Positions 56,876-64,000 of a stretch of DNA of 64,000 nucleotides are shown in pieces. This DNA comes from Myxococcota bacterium (GTDB lineage Bacteria > Myxococcota_A > UBA9160 > UBA6930). A program made the position numbers and the translations under genes. Position 1 is the first letter of the stretch. Each line of letters opens with the position of its first letter. Below the pieces are notes generated by a model, which was given only the letters and a program-made list of their open reading frames with translations, was not told the DNA's origin and did no database searches. The stretch is taken from positions 896,001 to 960,000 of the forward strand of contig OZ245015.1 of NCBI GenBank assembly GCA_965223705.1. Direction: 5' to 3'.

Positions 56876-57495
56876 CGTCGGGCCCTCGCAGAGGCCCCCA
56901 GGGCAGCGAGGCCGAGAGAGAGGAGAAGGGCCGTCGACGGCTCAGGCACAGGCTCTCCCAGAACCCTGAACGTGAGGTCGGAATCGAGTGGTTGGCCGGA
57001 GCGGCCCAGGAATGTGCCGCCCGGGTACCAGTCGATGAAGTTCGACGCGAGCACCGAGTAGCCGCCCCGCGCTTCGTCCGGGACTTCGATCCGAAAGCTG
57101 TAGTTCTCACCGGGCGTCAGCCGGATTCCGAAGCCGCTCAGATCGAAATCCAACCAATGATCACCGGTGAAGCCAAACGGGCGCGTGACGCTCGCGAGCT
57201 GATCGGGAGGGTTCGGCGTGTAACCCAAGCCGCGAAACAGCGTCAGCGTGCCGACGGGCTGCGTCGAGTTTGCCGTGTTCGCGAGCCGGTACCAGAAGGA
57301 AATCGTCTGAAGCGATTCGACGCTTTCGTCGGCGAGGAAGGATTGACCGAAGATCGAATCACCTCTCGCGAAGGTTGGACCACCGCCGATCGTGGGTTGA
57401 ATGATGTCGGCGCTCGCACTCGACGCGACGAATACCGACGCGGCCAAGAGGGCTGCGGCCCGAGTCAACGAGCGCTTGTGCTGTGCTCCGCGCAT
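56872..57495 (-). CDS. PEP-CTERM sorting domain protein
   Basis: Signal peptide; GQSF and DLTFRV; VPEPSTALLLSLGLAALGASARARR. Confidence 0.88.
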   Translation of the reverse strand: MRGAQHKRSLTRAAALLAASVFVASSASADIIQPTIGGGPTFARGDSIFGQSFLADESVESLQTISFWYRLANTANSTQPVGTLTLFRGLGYTPNPPDQLASVTRPFGFTGDHWLDFDLSGFGIRLTPGENYSFRIEVPDEARGGYSVLASNFIDWYPGGTFLGRSGQPLDSDLTFRVLGEPVPEPSTALLLSLGLAALGASARARR

Positions 57496-57581
57496 GCGGT
57501 AATCGCTCCCTGCCGGCGAGAGGCGTTGGCTTCCTTCGGCCCGGGAGGTTAGTCGCCAGCGTGTCGCAGCGCACAGCCGGG

Positions 57582-58967
57582 CTAGGATCGAACCTTCGGC
57601 CGCCCCAGTCGGGTGAACCCGGCGAGCCCGACGACCATCATGAGCGCCGTGCTGGGCTCGGGGGTGGGGATCGGAGTCGTGGTTGCAGAAAGTCCGGGGT
57701 TGACGGTGACGAGGGCTTGAAGTGCCAGGTTGCTCCCGAAGGTCGTCGTCGGGTCGACCTCGACCCCCGACCAGTCCAATGGATCAAAACCCGTGATGCC
57801 CGAGAGATCGGCGCCGATGAAAAAGCTGTCGCGGATCCTCACGCCAGAGAAGTCGCCGTGTAGCTCCGAAAACTCGAAAATGCCGTCGGAAAGATCCGAA
57901 CCGACACCAGCCGAGATACTCGCATTGGAGATCAGGGCCTGATCGAAGTCGACGTTGTCTCCGAGAACGATGGACCCGTAGTAGCTCGTGTTCTCGAGTC
58001 TCAGCTGACGAATTTGCACACCGCTCGCGGCCTCGAGGTTCGCGTTGAACAGGGTCGAACCGTTGAAGCGGACGCCCGGATCCACCTCGACATCCAGCTC
58101 GAAGCCGGCCGGTCCGTGAACCGTCGCCGCTTGCACCCAGGTATCGACGATGAGAAGACCCGCCTGGCCGCCGGCGAACGTCACCGTCTGGTTGTCCAGG
58201 TTGCTTCCAGAAGCGACGATGACCTCCAGGGCCTGGCCCCGCTCCGCGGACGCCGACAGGCCGAGCGCAACGCCGCACAAGACGAGGGCCACCGATCGAA
58301 CCCCTCGCGTGCTGGTCGCTACGTGCGCAAGGTCGCGTCGCTTGCGGGTCCCGAACGCGGCGAGACCCGAGATTCCGAGGCCCATTAAGAGAGCCGTACC
58401 GGGTTCCGGGACCGGATCGGGAACGATCGTCACGGTATCGATGGAGGAGCGGGCAACCGCGGCTCCGTTGATCAACAAACCGGTCGCGTCGAAGAACGCC
58501 GACGGGACTGGCGGCGTCGTCGGAAGCGCGTTGGTCGGGAGGTAGCAGCAAGAGAAGCTGTCCCCCGTGAAAACGAGTTGGAGCTGCGCGTTCGGTCCGA
58601 ACCCGATGTCGGAGCCCGAGAGGTCGGCGATGTACCAGAGCTCCTCGGGAAAACCTAGGCCGCCGTCGATCGCAACGTAGAGCTCGCGGAATCCACCGCC
58701 GAAGTTCCAGGTGTTGCCCGCGACCGAGAACGACGCGCCCTGGATTGCGGCGGCGTAGCTTGCGCTGTTTCCACCCGGGGCGGGGTTCGGGACCGTCGGG
58801 TCGAACGTGATCGTGGCCGTCCAGGCCTCGCCGATCAGTCCGCTCGGAGCGCCATCGTCGGCGCTTACCGTGCCGGTGAATTGGAACGTCAGCGCCGAGG
58901 CGTTCGCCGCACCGAAAAGCATGAGCGCCGCGCAGAATGTAAAGCCGAGCAAGGTTGTGCGAAGCAT
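57582..58967 (-). CDS. Tandem double PEP-CTERM protein (two signal peptides, two sorting signals)
   Basis: Signal 1, domain 1, VPEPGTALLMGLGISGLAAFGTRKRR, signal-like segment 2, pentapeptide-like domain 2, TPEPSTALMMVVGLAGF. Confidence 0.85.
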   Translation of the reverse strand: MLRTTLLGFTFCAALMLFGAANASALTFQFTGTVSADDGAPSGLIGEAWTATITFDPTVPNPAPGGNSASYAAAIQGASFSVAGNTWNFGGGFRELYVAIDGGLGFPEELWYIADLSGSDIGFGPNAQLQLVFTGDSFSCCYLPTNALPTTPPVPSAFFDATGLLINGAAVARSSIDTVTIVPDPVPEPGTALLMGLGISGLAAFGTRKRRDLAHVATSTRGVRSVALVLCGVALGLSASAERGQALEVIVASGSNLDNQTVTFAGGQAGLLIVDTWVQAATVHGPAGFELDVEVDPGVRFNGSTLFNANLEAASGVQIRQLRLENTSYYGSIVLGDNVDFDQALISNASISAGVGSDLSDGIFEFSELHGDFSGVRIRDSFFIGADLSGITGFDPLDWSGVEVDPTTTFGSNLALQALVTVNPGLSATTTPIPTPEPSTALMMVVGLAGFTRLGRPKVRS

Positions 58968-59003
58968 TGCCGTCTCCCTCTTTCCCAAGAGGTCGTAGAC
59001 AAC

Positions 59004-59018
59004 GCAATGGCTGTGCCA
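59004..59018 (-). promoter_or_regulatory. Sigma-54 (-24/-12) promoter
   Basis: TGGCAC-AGCCA-TTGC with exact GG-N10-GC spacing, 36 bp upstream of the PEP-CTERM gene start. Confidence 0.8.
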
Positions 59019-59305
59019 GTCGATGCGGAAAGCCGAAAACAGGCGTGGCTTCGGTGGGTCTGCGCCTTTCGGCGCATACGCGTTGCGCGTGCAATCGGCG
59101 GGCAACTGTGGGTAGCGGAGGCTCTTAAGGGGATACCGACGGACCCCGCCAGGTGTGAGTGGCCCCGACGCGGCGTTTGGTGACGGTGAAAAATCAGCGC
59201 CCGGCGGGCATGCCCTCGCTCGGAAACTGAATTCGGCCGCAAGAAGCGGATACCCCCGCGATCCCAGCGCGCGTAGCCTTCGCGCGAGTCGAAGGGGAGA
59301 ACGTC

Positions 59306-60052
59306 ACGGAAGCTCTGAAGGACAAAGTCGCTCTCGTTACGGGAGCTTCCCGCGGCATCGGAGCTGCCACCGCTATCCGACTGGCCGAGGGCGGTGCCGA
59401 GGTCGTCGTGAACGTCCGCGAGAGCCTGTCCGAAGCGGAGTCGTTGGTTTCGGAGATCCGCCGGGCGGGCGGCCGGGCGAGTGTCATCCAGGCGGATATG
59501 TCCCGGGTGTCCGAGGTGCGGGGCATGTTCGCCGAGCTCTCCGACCGCTTCGGTCGTCTCGACGTTCTCGTCGCGAACGCCGGATACTGCGTGTTTCGAT
59601 CGATCGCGGAGACGAGCGAGGAAGACTTCGAGCGGATCTTCGCGGTGAACGCCCGCGGCACCTTCTTCTGCCTCCAGGAGGCCATTCGCCGCATGTCGCA
59701 CGGCGGTCGAATCATCTGCGTCTCAACCATAGGAACCCGCCTCCACCTCGAGGGCGGCGCGGCCTACTTCGGCAGCAAGGCGGCGATCGAGCAGTTCTGT
59801 CATGTGCTCGGCCGTGAGGGCGCTCCGCGCGGGATCACCGTCAACGTGGTCTCCCCTGGATTCGTCGAGACGCGAATGCTCGCGGAGTCGCTCGATCCTT
59901 CTGGGTCGGCTTCGCTCGTCGACATGACGCCCCTCGGACGCCTCGGCGCGCCCGAGGACATCTCCGAAGTCATCGCCTTTCTCGCGGGCCAAGAGCGGGC
60001 CTGGATCACGCGACAGAACCTCGCGGTCGACGGGGGCATCGTCAGCCGATGA
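59306..60052 (+). CDS. SDR family oxidoreductase; non-canonical start (ACG 59306 or CTG 59315)
   Basis: KVALVTGASRGIG lies upstream of the first GTG; ANAG, YFGSK and PLGRLG. Confidence 0.88.
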   Translation, partial: TEALKDKVALVTGASRGIGAATAIRLAEGGAEVVVNVRESLSEAESLVSEIRRAGGRASVIQADMSRVSEVRGMFAELSDRFGRLDVLVANAGYCVFRSIAETSEEDFERIFAVNARGTFFCLQEAIRRMSHGGRIICVSTIGTRLHLEGGAAYFGSKAAIEQFCHVLGREGAPRGITVNVVSPGFVETRMLAESLDPSGSASLVDMTPLGRLGAPEDISEVIAFLAGQERAWITRQNLAVDGGIVSR

Positions 60053-60095
60053 CGCGCCCCGCATCGACACAGCACGGTGAAGGAGGGACGCATCG

Positions 60096-60860
60096 ATGAG
60101 TTCCCTGAGCGGAAAGGTCGCGGTCGTCGCCGGGGCGAGCGTCGGAATCGGCGCAGCGACAGCGGAGTTGTTCGCTGCGGAAGGCGCACGGGTCGTTCTC
60201 GGAGCGCGCCGGTCGGAGGAGCTCGACGCGTTGGCCGATCGGATCGGCACCGCGGGTGGGCACGCTGTTGCGCTCGCCGGAGACGTCACCGACGAATCGT
60301 ACGCGCGCGCGCTCGTCGATTTAGCGCGCGAGCGTTTCGGAAGGCTCGACATTGCCGTCAACAACGCCGGGTCGCTCGGCAAGATGGGACCGACACCGGA
60401 ACTACAGCTCGCCGATTGGCATCGCGTCGTCGACACGAACCTCACCAGTGCCTTCTTGGGCGCGAAACACCAGCTGCCCGCGATGATCGACGCGGGTGGG
60501 GGGTCGCTCATCTTCACAGGAACCTTCGTGGGTCACACCGTCGGCTTCCCCGGCGTGGCCGGCTACGCGGCGAGCAAGTCCGGTTTGATCGGGTTGACCC
60601 AGGCTCTGGCCGTCGAGTTCGCCGAGCAGGGAGTGCGCGTCAACGTCATTCTTCCCGGCGCGACGGATACGGCGATGTATCGGGAGATGAACGACACGCC
60701 CGAGTCGCGCGACTTCATCACCAGCCTCTACCCGATGCGTCGGGTCGCGAGTCCCCAGGAGATCGCGAAGTCGATGCTCTACCTCGCGTCCGACGCCTCG
60801 AGCTTTACGACGGGCAGCGCGCTGTTGGTCGAAGGAGGAGTTTCGATCAACCGCACGTGA
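60096..60860 (+). CDS. SDR family oxidoreductase
   Basis: GASVGIG, NNAG and YAASK motifs. Confidence 0.93.
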   Translation: MSSLSGKVAVVAGASVGIGAATAELFAAEGARVVLGARRSEELDALADRIGTAGGHAVALAGDVTDESYARALVDLARERFGRLDIAVNNAGSLGKMGPTPELQLADWHRVVDTNLTSAFLGAKHQLPAMIDAGGGSLIFTGTFVGHTVGFPGVAGYAASKSGLIGLTQALAVEFAEQGVRVNVILPGATDTAMYREMNDTPESRDFITSLYPMRRVASPQEIAKSMLYLASDASSFTTGSALLVEGGVSINRT

Positions 60861-60870
60861 AGGAGCCGCA

Positions 60871-61377
60871 CTACCCCTGCAAGACGTCGAGAGCGTCGTT
60901 CGCAAACTCGGCGTACTCGATCACGGTCCCGTCCGGGTCGCGCACACAGAGGAACTTCGCTTCGACGCCGGACGGGGCAACTCCAGGAGCCGTTTCGTAG
61001 GGCGAAACCGGTCCCACGAACTCGACCCCCTTCTCCTCGAGGTAGTCGGCCACGGACTGAACGTCGGCCACTTCGAAACACAGCCGAGCGATCCCGACAT
61101 TGTCGAGTGACTTGTAGGCCTCGCCCGACGTGGGCGGATCGAGGAACTGGATGATGTCGAGAAACGGCACCGGGTTGTCACCGGGAATCTTCATGAAGAC
61201 GGCCCTGAAACTTCGGTTGTTCTCGAGGCCGAGTCCGCTCCACACCCCGGCACCCGGCCCGAAAATCTGATCCGCGAAGACTTCAAACCCCAACATTTCG
61301 TAGAAGGGGATCGTCCTCTCCATGTCTCGCACACAGATGTTCGCGTGCACCATTTGGCGTATTTGAATCGCGGTCAT
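60871..61377 (-). CDS. VOC/glyoxalase family protein
   Basis: HANICVRDMERTIPFY and RDPDGTVIEY. Confidence 0.88.
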   Translation of the reverse strand: MTAIQIRQMVHANICVRDMERTIPFYEMLGFEVFADQIFGPGAGVWSGLGLENNRSFRAVFMKIPGDNPVPFLDIIQFLDPPTSGEAYKSLDNVGIARLCFEVADVQSVADYLEEKGVEFVGPVSPYETAPGVAPSGVEAKFLCVRDPDGTVIEYAEFANDALDVLQG

Positions 61378-61399
61378 TCGTTATTTCCTCCGACGACAT

Positions 61400-62404
61400 C
61401 TACGCGGTTGGATCGCCCTCGGCTCCCGGGTCGCCTCGGGTGAGCCCGCGATAGGCGTCTCGGGCCGTGCTCTCGCCATACAGGACTTCGTAGACCTCGC
61501 GCGAGATGGGCATCCCGACGCCGTGCTTCCCGGCGAGATCCATGACCACGCGCGTGGTGTTGATGCCCTCGGCGACCTGGTTCATCTCGGCGATGATGTC
61601 TTCGATACTGCGTCCCTTGCCGAGTTCCTCGCCCACGTGACGGTTGCGGCTTTGGGGGCTGGTGCAGGTTGCGATGAGATCTCCCATTCCGGTGAGACCC
61701 GAGAAGGTCGGTCGCTCTCCACCCATCGCGACACCGAGCCGAGTGAGCTCCGCTAAGCCCCGAGTGATCACGGCTGACCGGGTGTTGTCGCCGACGCCGA
61801 GTCCGTATCCCATGCCGACGGCGATGGCCATCACGTTCTTCAAGGCGCCGCCCAGTTCGCAGCCGACGACATCGTGGTTCGTGTAGACGCGAAAGAGGCC
61901 CGACTTGAAGAGCCCTTGAAGTTGCCGGGCGATCTCGCTCCGTTCGAACGCGACCACACTTGCCGACGCGTAACCAGCCATGATTTCCTTCGCGAGGTTC
62001 GGTCCGGTCAGGACTCCCGCCGGGTGGTCGGGCAGCACTTCGTGCATCACCTCGGTCATCCGCAGCTGGCTGCCCGGCTCGAGCCCTTTGGCGAGGCTCA
62101 CCACCGGGACCCAGGGTCGTATGAAGGCCGCGGCCTGTTCGAGGACCTCGCGCATGTGGTGAGACGGGATGCCGACCACGAGAACGTCGGAGTCGCGTAC
62201 GGCCTCCTCGAGGGAAGCGGTAGCGCGTACGGATCTCGCCACCTTGGCGTTCGGCAAATACCGGGTATTGGTGTGCTCGGTGTTCACCTCGCGAGCGGTC
62301 TCCTCGCGCCGACACCACAGAACGACCGGGGCGTTGTGGCTGATGATGTGGGCGATCGTGGTTCCGAACGATCCAGCACCCAACACGCCCACTCGCAACG
62401 TCAT
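61400..62404 (-). CDS. gpsA: NAD(P)H-dependent glycerol-3-phosphate dehydrogenase
   Basis: GAGSFG, LAKGLE, GPNLAKE, GGALKN, GDLIATC and SRNR motifs. Confidence 0.95.
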   Translation of the reverse strand: MTLRVGVLGAGSFGTTIAHIISHNAPVVLWCRREETAREVNTEHTNTRYLPNAKVARSVRATASLEEAVRDSDVLVVGIPSHHMREVLEQAAAFIRPWVPVVSLAKGLEPGSQLRMTEVMHEVLPDHPAGVLTGPNLAKEIMAGYASASVVAFERSEIARQLQGLFKSGLFRVYTNHDVVGCELGGALKNVMAIAVGMGYGLGVGDNTRSAVITRGLAELTRLGVAMGGERPTFSGLTGMGDLIATCTSPQSRNRHVGEELGKGRSIEDIIAEMNQVAEGINTTRVVMDLAGKHGVGMPISREVYEVLYGESTARDAYRGLTRGDPGAEGDPTA

Positions 62405-62580
62405 GACGAACTCTCCAGGCCGCCCCCGCGAACCAGTATGACTTGCCGGGTCGAGAGCGCCATCGATCTTGTGCGGGGGCTATGTATCTAACTTTCGCAC
62501 CGGATTGACTTCCATTCGCGCTCGTGTTTCCCTCGGTAGGCTGCACATCCAACTCCGATCGGCAGCTACGAGGGACTGCG

Positions 62581-64000
62581 GTGTCCGACCGCCTCACCCA
62601 GCAGGACGCGTCCTTTCTCTACGGCGAGACGGCGAGCGGCCCGATGCACGGGTCCATGATCTCGGTCATCGACGGCGAAGTCCCCTTCGATGCCATCTAC
62701 CGACACATCGAAGCCAGGATTCATTTAGTCCCCCGCTATCGCCAGCGTCTCGCTTTCGTTCCGTTCAATCTGGCGCACGCCGAGTGGGTCGACGATCCCG
62801 AGTTCAACCTCGAGAACCACGTCGTTCGACACGAGCTCCCAACCGGAACGAGCCTTGCGGGAGCCGTCGAAAAGGCGCTCGAGATCAACGAACCCCTGCT
62901 CGACCGCGCTCGGCCCCTATGGCGCTGGCACGTGTTCGAGGGCTTGCCCGGGCAAACGTTGTTGATGCAGAGCTTCCATCACGCCATGGTGGACGGCGTC
63001 TCCGGGATCGACATCACGATGGTCCTGTTCGATTTGAAACCCGAGCCGCCGCCTCCACCCGCCGCCGAGGGCGTCTGGGCACCGGATCCCCTTCCCACGC
63101 CGGTTGAATCGCTTCGGCAGGCCGTGGGTGAGCAGGCTCGAGCGTTACGCGACGCCAATCCACTTGCAGCACTCGGTGAGTCCGCGAGGCAACCCGATCT
63201 CTGGCGTCGCGGGGCGGAGACGATGCTGAAGATGCTCGGCCGACCCGCGATCTTCGCCCCCTGGAACGCGGGGAACGTCGGCCCGAAACGCAAACTCGAG
63301 TGGACCCGCTACGGCTTCGCCGAGTTCCGCGAGATCCGGCGCAGCTTCGGTGGAACGATCAACGACGTCGTCCTGACCGTCGTGAGCGAGGCGGCCGCCC
63401 GCTATCTGAAAGCTCGTGGCGAGTCGATCGAGGACCAGCACTTCCGCGTGATGTGTCCGGTCAGCGTGAGGCGAGAGGACGAAGGCGGCGCCCTCGGAAA
63501 CCGTGTTTCCGGAATCTTTCCCATGCTTCCCGCCTGGCCGATGGACGTGGTCGAACGGCATTCGGCGGTCTGCGAAGAAACGGCGAGGATCAAAGAGAAC
63601 CAAGAGGCGCAGGCGCTCGAGTTCATGATGGAAGCGATGCCTGCCTTGCCGCCCGTCGCCATGGCGCAGACTTTACTCGTGGGAACGCTCTTCGATCCGA
63701 CCGTTCTCGCCGCACGTCTCCCGGCTCCGCTGCCTCCGAGAATCGACCCGCGCGTTCCTTTCTTCGGAATCAATTTCACCTGCACCAACGTTCCGGGCGT
63801 GCAGGTTCCGCAGTACGTGGCCGGACACCGCATTCTCTACAACCTGGGCATCCTGATGTTGGGGGGCAACCTCGGGTTCGGGATCGGGGTCGGCAGCTAC
63901 AACCGGGAGGTGGTCTTCAACCTCATCTGCGAACCCCGGCTTCTTCCGGATCTCGGCCTCATGCGCGCTGGCCTCGACGACTCTTTTTCCGAACTCCTCA
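62581..64000 (+). CDS. Wax ester synthase/diacylglycerol acyltransferase (WS/DGAT), runs off the window end
   Basis: MSDRLTQQDASFL, PRYRQRL, HHAMVDG catalytic motif, TINDVVL and TNVPG; absent from the ORF track because it has no stop in the window. Confidence 0.93.
   Translation, partial: MSDRLTQQDASFLYGETASGPMHGSMISVIDGEVPFDAIYRHIEARIHLVPRYRQRLAFVPFNLAHAEWVDDPEFNLENHVVRHELPTGTSLAGAVEKALEINEPLLDRARPLWRWHVFEGLPGQTLLMQSFHHAMVDGVSGIDITMVLFDLKPEPPPPPAAEGVWAPDPLPTPVESLRQAVGEQARALRDANPLAALGESARQPDLWRRGAETMLKMLGRPAIFAPWNAGNVGPKRKLEWTRYGFAEFREIRRSFGGTINDVVLTVVSEAAARYLKARGESIEDQHFRVMCPVSVRREDEGGALGNRVSGIFPMLPAWPMDVVERHSAVCEETARIKENQEAQALEFMMEAMPALPPVAMAQTLLVGTLFDPTVLAARLPAPLPPRIDPRVPFFGINFTCTNVPGVQVPQYVAGHRILYNLGILMLGGNLGFGIGVGSYNREVVFNLICEPRLLPDLGLMRAGLDDSFSELL

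Overview
GC-rich, gene-dense bacterial chromosomal segment with about 60 CDS. I found no rRNA, tRNA, CRISPR array or transposase. The gene content (several PEP-CTERM proteins, DUF1329, five luciferase-like monooxygenases, SDRs, PilZ proteins) suggests a Myxococcota/Binatia-like deltaproteobacterial lineage; this is inference only. Highlights: (1) a complete eukaryote-type bifunctional 6-phosphofructo-2-kinase/fructose-2,6-bisphosphatase next to an exostosin-like gene; (2) two selenoprotein genes broken in the ORF track by in-frame UGA codons, a CxxU SelW/Rdx protein and a rhodanese with Sec at its catalytic position, each followed by a hairpin at a SECIS-compatible distance; (3) one ORF encoding two complete signal peptide/domain/PEP-CTERM units in tandem (a possible polyprotein) behind a sigma-54 promoter; (4) two inverted ~370-bp elements built from combinatorial palindromic modules that flank a glutathionyl-hydroquinone reductase gene; (5) three genes whose conserved N-termini have no ATG/GTG/TTG and apparently start at ATT, ATC or ACG/CTG; (6) two non-canonical ExbB/TolQ-type proton-channel operons; (7) a quinohemoprotein dehydrogenase lacking the vicinal Cys-Cys. 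All product calls come from motif recognition by eye, not from database searches.
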